Source: an uncultured virus (IMG/VR IMGVR_UViG_3300029448_000026) (lineage: Duplodnaviria > Heunggongvirae > Uroviricota > Caudoviricetes). Taken from it: 64,000 nt of DNA. The stretch spans positions 1-64,000 of IMG/VR virus record IMGVR_UViG_3300029448_000026. One strand, written 5' to 3'. Below are positions 48,504-58,130 of the stretch, piece by piece. Both the position numbers and the translations under genes were made by a program. The notes beneath the pieces are model-generated. The model had not been told where the DNA came from, ran no database searches, and saw nothing but the letters and a program-made list of their open reading frames with translations. Each line of letters opens with the position of its first letter. Within the stretch, counting starts at the first letter, position 1.

Positions 48504-50326
48504 GTATGAATTTAATTACATTAGACTTTGAAACATACTATGACAAAGATTACTCGTTGAAGAAGGTTACAACCGAAGAGTATATACGCAGTCAAGATTT
48601 TGAAGTTATAGGTGTTGGTGTAAAGCTAAACGAAGAAGAAACCCAATGGGCGAGTGGTACACACAAACAAGTTAAGGAGTACTTACTTACCTTCCCCTGG
48701 TGCAACAGTGTGCTAAATGCGCATAACACTATGTTCGATGGGAGTATTCTTAATTGGGTCTTTGATATAAAACCAAAATTGTTTGCAGATACATTGTGTA
48801 TGGCTAGAGGTATACATGGTGTAGATAAGAGTGCTAGTCTGGATGCTTTGACTAAACGATACGACATAGGTGTTAAAGGTAAAGAAGTGCTAAACACTTT
48901 AGGTAAGCGAAGAGAAGATTTTACCAAAGAAGAACTGTCTAGATTTGGTGACTATTGTGTTAATGATGTAGACCTTACGTTTGAGTTGTTTAAACTTATG
49001 GGTAAGAATTTCCCCAAGAAAGAATTTAAGTTAGTCGATTTAACTTTACGTATGTTTATAGAACCTACCTTGGACTTGGACGTGATATGGTTAGAGAATC
49101 ATCTTAGAGAAACACGTCAACGTAAAGATAAGATGTTGGTAGATGCAGGGTGTAGCAAAGAAGATTTGATGAGTAACCCCAAGTTTGCAGAACTACTGAA
49201 AGGGTTTGGTGTTGAGCCTCCCACAAAGACAAGCCTTACAACTGGCAATAAAACTTTAGCACTTGCCAAGTCTGATGAGGGTTTTAAGAAACTCATACAT
49301 CACCCCAACGAAGAGGTTAAAAAACTAGTGGGGGCTAGGCTTGAACTAAAAAGCACCTTAGAAGAAACAAGAACTGAGAGATTCATAAACATAGGTAAAC
49401 GTGGTCTACTGCCTGTCCCAGTAAAATACTACGCGGCACACACTGGTAGATGGGGTGGTGATGACAAGATAAACTTACAGAACCTACCAAGCAGAGGGGA
49501 TCACGCAAAAAGATTAAAGTCCAGTATTGTTGCTCCGCGTGGTTGCACGTTGATTGATGCCGACTCTTCTCAAATAGAAGCAAGGGTATTAGCGTGGCTT
49601 GCGGAACAAACTGAGCTTACAGAAGCGTTTAAAAATGACGAAGATGTATATAAGAAGATGGCATCAGCTATATATAATGTAGGAGAAGATAGTGTAACTA
49701 AAGACCAACGGTTCGTGGGTAAGACTACTATACTTGGCGCAGGTTATGGTATGGGTGCGTTGAAGTTCCAGAACCAACTCCAAACATTTGGTTTTAGTAT
49801 GGGTATAGACGAGGCTAGGCACGTCATTAAAATATACAGAGATACTAACGACAATATAAACAAGTTGTGGCGTGATGCCCAACGATTCCTCCAAGGTGCT
49901 GTAAATGGAGACGATAATCAATTTGGGTTGCGCGGTGTTCTAAAAGTAGAGAAGGGTAGAATAAAATTACCTTCTGGTCTTTATATATCTTATGATGGAT
50001 TGGAAGCTACTCAAACAGACTTGGGGTTTGAGTATAGCTACATGACACGTAATGGTAAGACACGAATCTATGGCGGAAAGATAATAGAAAATGTATGTCA
50101 GGCCATAGCACGTTGCATTATAGGCGAACAAATGATAAAGATAGCTAATAAATATAAGGTAGTTCTGACTGTCCACGATAGCATCGTTTGTTGTGTAAGA
50201 GATAAAGAAGCAGAAGAGGCACAACAATACATAGAAGAATGTATGCGTTGGACACCAGAATGGGCAGGCGGACTCCCAGTTAATTGTGAGAGTGGAAAAG
50301 GTAAATCATATGGAGATTGCGAGTGA
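48500..50326 (+). CDS. polA: Family A DNA polymerase with 3'-5' exonuclease
   Basis: ExoI LDFET, ExoII AHNTMFD, NLQNLP, motif A DSSQIEAR, motif B RFVGKTTILGAGYG, motif C VHDS. Confidence 0.95.
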   Translation: MSMNLITLDFETYYDKDYSLKKVTTEEYIRSQDFEVIGVGVKLNEEETQWASGTHKQVKEYLLTFPWCNSVLNAHNTMFDGSILNWVFDIKPKLFADTLCMARGIHGVDKSASLDALTKRYDIGVKGKEVLNTLGKRREDFTKEELSRFGDYCVNDVDLTFELFKLMGKNFPKKEFKLVDLTLRMFIEPTLDLDVIWLENHLRETRQRKDKMLVDAGCSKEDLMSNPKFAELLKGFGVEPPTKTSLTTGNKTLALAKSDEGFKKLIHHPNEEVKKLVGARLELKSTLEETRTERFINIGKRGLLPVPVKYYAAHTGRWGGDDKINLQNLPSRGDHAKRLKSSIVAPRGCTLIDADSSQIEARVLAWLAEQTELTEAFKNDEDVYKKMASAIYNVGEDSVTKDQRFVGKTTILGAGYGMGALKFQNQLQTFGFSMGIDEARHVIKIYRDTNDNINKLWRDAQRFLQGAVNGDDNQFGLRGVLKVEKGRIKLPSGLYISYDGLEATQTDLGFEYSYMTRNGKTRIYGGKIIENVCQAIARCIIGEQMIKIANKYKVVLTVHDSIVCCVRDKEAEEAQQYIEECMRWTPEWAGGLPVNCESGKGKSYGDCE

Positions 50327-50991
50327 GCATAACCCCTTGGTCTTTTAGTAGACTTAAGTCTTTTGAGCAGTGTCCTAAACAGTTCTTCCATTTAAAGATG
50401 GTAAAGGATTATGAGGATAAAGTGTCAGAAGCTATGATGTATGGAACTAAGGCACACTTGATTGCTGAAGAATACATACGTGATGGTAAGCCGATACCAA
50501 AACCCTTTGCTTACATGGAGGGACCTCTTAAGGCTCTTAACAATAAGCGTGGTAACAAGTTTACAGAAATGAAGTTAGGCTTAACCGAAGAGCTGAAGCC
50601 TTGTAAGTTTAATTCTAAAGACGCTTGGTTCAGGGGTATTGTTGACTTGGTTATTATCAAAGATTATAAGGCATGGATCATAGATTATAAGACTGGAAAG
50701 AATCCACAAAATGCAGATAAAGGCCAACTTGAATTGATGGCTTTAGCTATATTTAAGTACTTTCCTTTTATAGAAAACATCAGTGCAGGTTTGCTATTCA
50801 CAGTTAAAAAAGTATTTATAACATCTAAGTATCATGTAGATGATAGCGAAACTCTTTGGAAAAACTGGAGGGAAAGGCATGATAGAATGAAGATGGCTGT
50901 AACATCGAATGTATGGAACCCGAACCCAAGCGGTCTTTGCTATCGCCACTGTCCTGTGGTAGAATGTGTGTATAATGGAGCGAATAGATAA
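50317..50991 (+). CDS. Cas4-like PD-(D/E)XK exonuclease
   Basis: SFSRLKSFEQCP, GIVD, IIDYKTG, C-terminal C..C....C. Confidence 0.8.
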   Translation: MRVSITPWSFSRLKSFEQCPKQFFHLKMVKDYEDKVSEAMMYGTKAHLIAEEYIRDGKPIPKPFAYMEGPLKALNNKRGNKFTEMKLGLTEELKPCKFNSKDAWFRGIVDLVIIKDYKAWIIDYKTGKNPQNADKGQLELMALAIFKYFPFIENISAGLLFTVKKVFITSKYHVDDSETLWKNWRERHDRMKMAVTSNVWNPNPSGLCYRHCPVVECVYNGANR

Positions 50992-51197
50992 TGTTAGTAG
51001 ATTTAGAAGAAAAACAAATACAGCTACTTATTTTAGCTACTAATTATTACTTAGATGAAAAGTCTTTCTCGCGCTTCATAAACTTAAAATACGAGACACA
51101 TGAAGAAGAAGATAAACTAGACAAAGACTATAAGTTATTAAGTGACGCACAAATGAAATTGTACGAAGCAGTACAACGGTATAAAAAAAGAGGATGA
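50991..51197 (+). CDS. Hypothetical protein
   Basis: 68 aa, coupled by TAATG overlap. Confidence 0.55.
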   Translation: MLVDLEEKQIQLLILATNYYLDEKSFSRFINLKYETHEEEDKLDKDYKLLSDAQMKLYEAVQRYKKRG

Positions 51198-51292
51198 TAT
51201 GGTTTTTTATATTGTCCCTAGCAGTAGCACTAACTTTCGTACTAACAGGTTTAGTATGGATATTGAAAAACAAAAATGGGAGTAAGTACTAA
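51194..51292 (+). CDS. 32-aa single-TM peptide
   Basis: MIWFFILSLAVALTFVLTGLVWILKNKNGSKY; ATGA and TAATG overlaps at both ends. Confidence 0.5.
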   Translation: MIWFFILSLAVALTFVLTGLVWILKNKNGSKY

Positions 51293-51540
51293 TGCCCTAC
51301 ACTAAGTCACCAAGACCTTATAAAAAAGAATATAAGAAACAAAAAGAAAGAGGGGAACACCCTGATAGGATGGAACGTCAAAGAGCTAGGCGCAAGTATG
51401 ATAAGAAGGGGATAAGTCGTAAAGGTAAAGATGTATCCCACAATAAAATGTTAAGTCGAGGGGGATCTAACAAAGATGGTACAAAATTAGAAAGTCCATC
51501 AAAGAATAGGAGTAGGAACGGCAAAAAGCCGAAGAAGTAG
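51292..51540 (+). CDS. Basic protein, degenerate HNH-like
   Basis: GKDVSH..LSRGGSN..NRSRN. Confidence 0.55.
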   Translation: MPYTKSPRPYKKEYKKQKERGEHPDRMERQRARRKYDKKGISRKGKDVSHNKMLSRGGSNKDGTKLESPSKNRSRNGKKPKK

Positions 51541-51551
51541 AGGAGAACGAA

Positions 51552-53084
51552 ATGCAAATAGTGGACAACGAGAGTGTCTTATTACGCCTGCGTAATCCAG
51601 CAAGGGTTATGAAACATTTAGATACTGCCAAACATAGTGGTGCTAATGGGGTCACTGTAGATTGGAATCTAAGAGAAACTACAATATTAAATGCGTTAAA
51701 CATTTACGTGCCATCACCCATATATGGACAGTACGCGTGGCCTGGGAAGGTTCCGTTTGAACACCAAAAGAAAACAGCTTCTTTTCTTACATTACATAGA
51801 AAAGCATTTTGCTTTAACGAACAAGGTACAGGTAAAACAGCAAGTGCCATATGGGCATCAGACTATCTGATAGACTTGGGGATGGTAAGACGTGTGTTAG
51901 TTATATGCCCACTCTCGATAATGGATAGCGCATGGCGCACTGACTTGTTTACATTTGCACCTCATAGAAAAGTGGCTATAGCTTATGGTTCAGCGAACAA
52001 AAGAAAAGAAATTATAAAGTCAGACGCTGAGTTTGTTATTATAAACTATGATGGAGTATCCATTGTAGTAGATGAAATAGCTAAAGGCGATTTTGATTTA
52101 ATCATTGTAGACGAAGCAACACATTACAAGAACGCGCAAACTACAAGATGGAAGAAACTAAAGAAGATTATGAAAGATGATACATGGTTGTGGATGATGA
52201 CAGGCACACCCGCGTCTCAAAGTCCAGTGGATGCCTATGGCCTAGCTAAGTTGGTAAACCCTTCTGGTGTACCCATGTTTTTTAGTACGTTCAAAGACAA
52301 AGTTCTGTATAGAGTTTCACAGTTTACATGGAAGCCAAGAGATAATGCTATAAATACAGTATACTATGCTTTACAACCTGCAATACGTTATAAGAAGGAA
52401 CAGTGTTTAGATTTACCAGACATGGTATATACAAAAAGAAAGGTGGAACTAACACCGCAACAAAGTAAATATTACAAGAAACTAAAAGACCAGATGACTA
52501 TGGAGGTTGTAGGAGAGGAGATCACCGCAGTCAATGCAGCTGTACATCTAAACAAGTTACTACAGATATCAGCAGGGGCAGTATATACTGACAGTGGTCA
52601 AGCACTTGAGTTTGATATAAAGAATAGATACAAAGTTCTAAAAGAAGTAATAGATGAATCTAGTCAAAAGGTATTAGTGTTTGTCCCTTTCAAACATTCT
52701 ATACGAATACTAACAAACGCTTTAAACGAAGATAATATATCTACAGAAATAATAGATGGGTCTGTACCTGTCCATAAAAGAACTGACATATTCAAGAAGT
52801 TTCAGACTACTGCTGACCCACAGGTACTCGTGATACAACCTCAAGCAGCTGCACATGGTGTCACGTTAACACGCGCTAATACAATAGTGTGGTGGGCGCC
52901 TGTGAGTAGCTTAGAAACATACTCTCAAGCCAATGCACGTATACACAGGAGTGGGCAGACCCATAAATGTACAGTGGTGCAGTTGCAAGGATCTGATGCT
53001 GAGAAACATGTTTACAGACTTCTTGATAACAGAATACACATACACACAAAAATTATAGATTTATACAAAGAAATACTTGACTAA
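51552..53084 (+). CDS. SNF2-family helicase
   Basis: EQGTGKT, ICPLS, VDEAT, TGTP and QANARIHRSGQ. Confidence 0.9.
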   Translation: MQIVDNESVLLRLRNPARVMKHLDTAKHSGANGVTVDWNLRETTILNALNIYVPSPIYGQYAWPGKVPFEHQKKTASFLTLHRKAFCFNEQGTGKTASAIWASDYLIDLGMVRRVLVICPLSIMDSAWRTDLFTFAPHRKVAIAYGSANKRKEIIKSDAEFVIINYDGVSIVVDEIAKGDFDLIIVDEATHYKNAQTTRWKKLKKIMKDDTWLWMMTGTPASQSPVDAYGLAKLVNPSGVPMFFSTFKDKVLYRVSQFTWKPRDNAINTVYYALQPAIRYKKEQCLDLPDMVYTKRKVELTPQQSKYYKKLKDQMTMEVVGEEITAVNAAVHLNKLLQISAGAVYTDSGQALEFDIKNRYKVLKEVIDESSQKVLVFVPFKHSIRILTNALNEDNISTEIIDGSVPVHKRTDIFKKFQTTADPQVLVIQPQAAAHGVTLTRANTIVWWAPVSSLETYSQANARIHRSGQTHKCTVVQLQGSDAEKHVYRLLDNRIHIHTKIIDLYKEILD

Positions 53085-53133
53085 AGTATTTTATGACACT
53101 ATATGTTAAGTATAGAGAGTGAGGAATCTATAA

Positions 53134-53529
53134 ATGGATATAAGTAAACTAATAAAAACCTATATAAAAATACGAGACCAACGTTCCGTATTGAAATCAG
53201 ACTATGCCGACAAAGACTCCACTTTACTGAAACAACAAGACACTATTAAAGAAGCTATCAATGAGTATGCTGACATGAATAAGGTCGATAGAGCAGGAAC
53301 AAGTGAGGGTATGTTTTATAGGACTACAAAAACCAGATACTGGACAAGTGATTGGGAGTCTATGTACAAGTTTGTTGTAGAAAATAAAACACCAGAGTTC
53401 TTTGACAAACGTCTAAATCAAAAAAATGTAAGGGAGTATTTAGACGAGAACCCAGACAAACTTCCAGAAGGATTAAACGTAGATACGGAGTATGTCATAT
53501 CTGTTAGGAAAAATAAAAATGATAAGTGA
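53134..53529 (+). CDS. Conserved replication-module protein
   Basis: 131 aa, YIKIRD..DWESMYKFV. Confidence 0.6.
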   Translation: MDISKLIKTYIKIRDQRSVLKSDYADKDSTLLKQQDTIKEAINEYADMNKVDRAGTSEGMFYRTTKTRYWTSDWESMYKFVVENKTPEFFDKRLNQKNVREYLDENPDKLPEGLNVDTEYVISVRKNKNDK

Positions 53530-53761
53530 AGAACCTTTTGTTACAATAGATAATGTTGCAAAACATTTTTCTGTTTCAAAATCTACGGTACGTGGTTGGG
53601 TAAGAGAGAACCGTATACCGAAAGATACCTATATACGTATAGGTAATACACTACGATTTAAGATTAGTGGTGTAAGCGAAGCCCTAATTCAGTTTTCAAA
53701 AGATACTTTGAGTACAGTTGATATGGATGACGAATTAGATTTACTTGATGAAGATAATTAA
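53519..53761 (+). CDS. Excisionase-like HTH DNA-binding protein
   Basis: TIDNVAKHFSVSKSTVRGWVRENRIP..RIGNTLRF; start moved to ATG 53519. Confidence 0.8.
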   Translation: MISEEPFVTIDNVAKHFSVSKSTVRGWVRENRIPKDTYIRIGNTLRFKISGVSEALIQFSKDTLSTVDMDDELDLLDEDN

Positions 53762-53776
53762 TAGTTGGAGAACGAC

Positions 53777-54460
53777 ATGAGCGAGAGCTACAAAATAGAG
53801 AACGTTGAGGCTTTATGGCCTAAGATAAATACTACCTATAGATTTGACAGTACCGAAAACAGATCTGTACCTTGCAGTGCTTTGGATGATAATTCAGAGT
53901 ACAGCTTACAATTTAAAATGGATGAAGCGACTGCTCAAGCTTTATATAAGCCAATGAGTTCAGCCTATAAAGCAAAAAAGCAGAAAGGTTGGGAGGACAA
54001 GTTACCTTTACCTTTTGAAAAGGATGAAGAAGGTATGTACATTGGTAAGGCACGTCTAAAGGGTGCATACGGTGCAGACCCCACTAGAAAGCCATCACAA
54101 TATGATGCGAAAGGTAATAGACTTGATTCCGATTTTAAACTTACCACTGGCAGTAAGATAAATGTGCTTGTTGGTTTTTATCCTTGGAATATGGGGGGAA
54201 GATCTGGCGTATCGTTAAGATTAAAAGCAGTGCAAGTTGTTAAATATATACCTATGGAGGAGTCTTCTCCTTTTGATGAGGTAGAGGGATTCAATTCTTC
54301 TTCTGAAATGGATCAAGTATTTTCGGATACTACGACTGAGAAAGAAGAGGTCATTGAAGAACCAAAGAAACTAACTCCGAAACCTGATAAAAAAGAAGTA
54401 AAGACACCCCAACAGGCAACGAGTGAGTTAAGTGATATTGTTGATAGTTGGGATGACTAG
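53777..54460 (+). CDS. ssb: Single-stranded DNA-binding protein (T7 gp2.5-like)
   Basis: GSKINV..GVSLRLKAVQVVKY and acidic tail ending DSWDD; start moved to ATG 53777 with GGAG RBS. Confidence 0.7.
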   Translation: MSESYKIENVEALWPKINTTYRFDSTENRSVPCSALDDNSEYSLQFKMDEATAQALYKPMSSAYKAKKQKGWEDKLPLPFEKDEEGMYIGKARLKGAYGADPTRKPSQYDAKGNRLDSDFKLTTGSKINVLVGFYPWNMGGRSGVSLRLKAVQVVKYIPMEESSPFDEVEGFNSSSEMDQVFSDTTTEKEEVIEEPKKLTPKPDKKEVKTPQQATSELSDIVDSWDD

Positions 54461-54475
54461 TAAGCAATAGAACTT

Positions 54476-54535
54476 CACTGTGGCTAGGGCATTGCGCCCC
54501 GAAAAGAGTATAATGCAAATACTCCTGCCACGGTG
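54476..54535 (+). ncRNA. Candidate structured cis-element (three-way junction) upstream of primase-helicase
   Basis: Stems CACTGTGGC/GCCACGGTG, GGGC/GCCC and GAGTAT/ATACTC; complementary loops. Confidence 0.45.
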
Positions 54536-54555
54536 TCTTTATTAGGGGTGGTATT

Positions 54556-57342
54556 ATGGAAACAAAACAATTTTTACAGAGCGTAGTAGCTTCAGAAGGT
54601 TACTACTGCGTATGGGGTTTTAAAGGTGACCGACTCGTAACCAAGTTTTACGACTCCATTGATAAGGTCATAGATACAGCTACAAAACTAGACAGCAATG
54701 GATACAATGCTTTCTTTGCATTGGCGACATTTGAAAAGTCTGGCTCTAGAAAAGTAGAGAATGCCAAACAATATAAGTCTTTCTTTCTTGATTTAGATTG
54801 TGGCGATAAGAAAGATTACCCAACTCAACAGGATGCTTTGACAGCCCTCCGTGGGTTTTGTAAGAAGAATACTTTACCTAAACCTGTTATAGTGAGTTCT
54901 GGTAATGGGGTACATTGTTACTGGCCTTTGGAAACTCCTATTATATATAGTGATTGGTTTCCTGTGGCTGAAAGGTTAAAGGCTCTTTGCGCAGAACACA
55001 ATCTACTAGCAGACCCTGCTGTTACATCGGACGGTGCTAGGGTACTAAGAGTACCAGAAACACATAACCACAAAGGTGATACACCTATAAGAGTTCACGC
55101 AATAAGTAGTAATATAACAACCATACCTTTCCACGAATTTTCAGAGTTAATTGGCGAGATAATACCTGCACCTAAAACTCTTCCTATGAACCAAGTTGAT
55201 AGTAAAGTTGCTGATAGTACAGAAGCATGGTTTGTGGACATAATAAGAAAGACAAAAGAAGGTAGAGGGTGTGAACAGATAAAGAATATCATTATAAATC
55301 AAAAAGATATAAGCGAACCTTTATGGAGAGGGGGGCTATCTATAACAAAGTTCTGTGTTGATTCTGAAGAAGCGTCTAAAATAATATCCGAAAAGCACTT
55401 AGAATACTCAGAAGAAAAAACACAAGAGAAATTAGACCTTATAAAGGGGCCTTATTGGTGTACTACATTTGACGAACATAACCCAGATGTATGTCCGAAT
55501 TGTCCTAACTGGAAGAAGGTAAAAAGCCCGATTGTTCTGGGGAATAGAATTATAGAATCAGAAGAGGACATAAAGAAGGCACTGGCTATGGATCTGCCAG
55601 AAGATGAAGAGATGGATTATAAAGTACCATCAAAATACCCTTCGCCCTACTTTAGAGGATCTAATGGCGGTGTATACATGAGGTATAAAAACGCTGATGG
55701 TGACCCAGAAGATAAGTTAATATATCACAACGATCTATATGTTGTGAATCGTATTACAGATGCAGAAACTGGAGAAGGTGTCGTGATGCGTCTACACTTA
55801 CCCAGAGATGGGGTAAGAGAATTTACAGTTCCTTTAACTGCTGTAACATCAAAAGAAGATTTTAGAAAACAACTGTCCATGCAAGGTGTGGCAGTTCCAA
55901 AAATGGATGACCTTATGAAATACACTACAACATGGGTAAACGAGTTACAGGTGCAAGAAATGGCAGATATAGCTCATAAACAGTTTGGTTGGACTAATGA
56001 TGAATGTGGTTCATTCATACTAGGTAACAAAGAGATATCAAAAGATAGTGTCAAGTTTAATGCACCATCTTTGCAAACAGCTAGTTTCTTTCCTTATTTT
56101 GAACCTAAAGGTGAGCTTGAAAAGTGGAAAGAGATGATAAATTTTTACGATAGAGATGATTTTGAACTACACCAATTTGTTGTCGCAACTTCTTTTGGTT
56201 CCCCTTTGATGCAATTTTTGCCCATACACTGCGCTACTTTACATCTGCATGGAGATACAGGCATAGGTAAAACAACTGTCCAGATGGCCGCAGTGTCGGT
56301 TTGGGGCAATCCATCACAACTTATATGTTCAGAAAATGATACAGTTAATACAAAGATGAATAGGGGCGAGGTGTACCGTAACTTACCGTTATATATTGAC
56401 GAGTTAACAAATGAGAAGCCTAAAGACCTAAGTGATCTAGCCTATAGACTTACTGGTGGTAGGCAAAGAAATAGAATGTCTGCTGGTTCTAACGTGGAAA
56501 GATATCGGGGTGAACCTTGGAGACTATTAGCAGTAACTAGTGCTAATGCAAGTATTGTAGAAATGATAAGTATGATAAAGATAATGCCGAAAGCAGAAGC
56601 GCAAAGGATATTGGAATGTAAGACAAAAGAGATGAGGTTTGATACAAAAGAGGAGACAGATGCGTTTAGTTTACTCCTCACCCATAACTATGGTCACGCG
56701 GGTAGGATATATCTTAAATCTATACTGAATGATATAGAAGGCGTTAAGAAATTATTAAAAGAAGTCCAGATTAAGATAGATACCACAGCAGGTCTTACAG
56801 CGAAAAATAGATTTTGGTCTGCTTTAACTGCATGTTCATTGACAGGTATTATATTGGCTAAGAAAGCAGGGCTTGTAAACTATGATGTAAAGAACCTTTT
56901 TAAATGGACTGTGGGTCAGTTGAAACGTAACTTACATATGTCTAATGACATGTCTGCCTCTGTAGAAGAAGTTATAAATGATTACATACATGAACACTGG
57001 AGTAATGTCCTTTGGATAAAAAGTACAGATGATCTCAGGGGTAAGGAAGGTGATGAGATATCTACACTTGTTGTACCAGAAGCTGTACCCAGAGGTAAGT
57101 TAGTAGCAAGGTATGAAACCGATTTAAAGAAAGCTTATCTCCTACCTAAACCGCTAAAGAAGTGGTGTGTAGAACAACAGATAAATTATACTTCTTTTAT
57201 TCAAGATTTAAAACTTAAACTAAATGGCAAGAAAGGTAAGGTGAGACTTAGCAAAGGTACGCACATGAACTTACCGCCTACTCATGTTATTATAATAGAT
57301 TGCACTATACAAAATGAGACAGGAAGTACTGAAGAACTTTGA
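54556..57342 (+). CDS. Primase-helicase (AEP-like + DUF927-like + P-loop)
   Basis: FLDLD, SSGNGVHCYW, RVLRVP, Cys cluster, Walker A GDTGIGKT, IDE. Confidence 0.85.
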   Translation: METKQFLQSVVASEGYYCVWGFKGDRLVTKFYDSIDKVIDTATKLDSNGYNAFFALATFEKSGSRKVENAKQYKSFFLDLDCGDKKDYPTQQDALTALRGFCKKNTLPKPVIVSSGNGVHCYWPLETPIIYSDWFPVAERLKALCAEHNLLADPAVTSDGARVLRVPETHNHKGDTPIRVHAISSNITTIPFHEFSELIGEIIPAPKTLPMNQVDSKVADSTEAWFVDIIRKTKEGRGCEQIKNIIINQKDISEPLWRGGLSITKFCVDSEEASKIISEKHLEYSEEKTQEKLDLIKGPYWCTTFDEHNPDVCPNCPNWKKVKSPIVLGNRIIESEEDIKKALAMDLPEDEEMDYKVPSKYPSPYFRGSNGGVYMRYKNADGDPEDKLIYHNDLYVVNRITDAETGEGVVMRLHLPRDGVREFTVPLTAVTSKEDFRKQLSMQGVAVPKMDDLMKYTTTWVNELQVQEMADIAHKQFGWTNDECGSFILGNKEISKDSVKFNAPSLQTASFFPYFEPKGELEKWKEMINFYDRDDFELHQFVVATSFGSPLMQFLPIHCATLHLHGDTGIGKTTVQMAAVSVWGNPSQLICSENDTVNTKMNRGEVYRNLPLYIDELTNEKPKDLSDLAYRLTGGRQRNRMSAGSNVERYRGEPWRLLAVTSANASIVEMISMIKIMPKAEAQRILECKTKEMRFDTKEETDAFSLLLTHNYGHAGRIYLKSILNDIEGVKKLLKEVQIKIDTTAGLTAKNRFWSALTACSLTGIILAKKAGLVNYDVKNLFKWTVGQLKRNLHMSNDMSASVEEVINDYIHEHWSNVLWIKSTDDLRGKEGDEISTLVVPEAVPRGKLVARYETDLKKAYLLPKPLKKWCVEQQINYTSFIQDLKLKLNGKKGKVRLSKGTHMNLPPTHVIIIDCTIQNETGSTEEL

Positions 57343-57541
57343 TTTAGACCCAGACCATGTTAGAATTATTGTAAATTGGGGCAAGATGGTCGTAAATGCA
57401 TCGGTGTTTGTACCTTGTGTAAACACTCAAAAGGCCACACAACAAGCAAAAACTATAGCTAAAGAGAAAAGCTGGGAGTTCAAAATACATGTTCGTATAG
57501 AGGATAACAAACTTGGAATCCGTATATGGAGGTTATTGTGA
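57314..57541 (+). CDS. Hypothetical protein
   Basis: 75 aa, SVFVPC..GIRIWR. Confidence 0.6.
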   Translation: MRQEVLKNFDLDPDHVRIIVNWGKMVVNASVFVPCVNTQKATQQAKTIAKEKSWEFKIHVRIEDNKLGIRIWRLL

Positions 57542-57635
57542 TGTGGCAAGGTAACATATTTAGGTATGTAAATTATTGGTTAGGCACAAGGAGAATGCCT
57601 ATTATTAGATTAAAACATAAAGTGAGAAACAGAAA

Positions 57636-58034
57636 ATGGTTATCGAGAGTGCATTAATTTGTTTAGCTATGAACATCTACCATGAGGCTAGAAGTGAACC
57701 CGTAGATGGTAGGGTTGCAGTTGCAGAAGTTACTTTGAATAGGGTTGAATCAAAATACTACCCAGATACTGTATGTTCTGTAGTCTACCAGAAAGGTAAA
57801 AAAGCATGTGCCTTTAGTTGGACTTGCGATGGAATTTCAGACACGCCATACGAAGAAAAAGAGTTTAACAGCGCAAAAAGATTGGCAAGAATGATAATGT
57901 TAAACAGAGAAAGCGTACACGAAGTCGGCAAAAATGCAACACATTACCATAATAAACGTGTAAAACCCTACTGGTTAACAGACGTAGAGCTAATAAAACA
58001 GGTAGGTAACCATATTTTTTACAAAAGAAAGTAG
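57636..58034 (+). CDS. Cell wall hydrolase (SleB/Hydrolase_2-like)
   Basis: CLAMNIYHEARSE..VTLNRV..YPDTVC..FSW..ATHYH..GNHIFY. Confidence 0.85.
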   Translation: MVIESALICLAMNIYHEARSEPVDGRVAVAEVTLNRVESKYYPDTVCSVVYQKGKKACAFSWTCDGISDTPYEEKEFNSAKRLARMIMLNRESVHEVGKNATHYHNKRVKPYWLTDVELIKQVGNHIFYKRK

Positions 58035-58099
58035 TCAAACTATATATTGGTGTGGTACATTGTGCGTGGCAGTATCCTCGCACTGTCGTTCTCCCTCCT

Positions 58100-58130
58100 A
58101 AACTCCCCCTTTAATTAGGGGGGGTTTTTT
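58100..58130. terminator. Terminator between the convergent arms
   Basis: AAACTCCCCCT-TTAATT-AGGGGGGGTTT followed by a T tract. Confidence 0.75.

Noticed and set aside
50317..50991. Cas4 as part of a CRISPR-Cas system
   Set aside because: Stand-alone Cas4-like nucleases are common in phage replication modules; there are no other cas genes and no array.
51218..51246. Additional palindrome copies
   Set aside because: Only ACTAAC half-sites occur, with no GTTAGT arm at the right spacing.
54476..54535. Hammerhead ribozyme
   Set aside because: GAAA and three stems are present but the CUGANGA core is missing.
57541..57657. 38-aa basic ORF before the hydrolase
   Set aside because: It has a TGATG overlap but no other support; too uncertain to call.
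57865..58083. 72-aa minus-strand ORF with a strong RBS
   Set aside because: It is antisense to the hydrolase gene and lies beyond the terminator. It is kept only as the alternative explanation for the anti-RBS tract.
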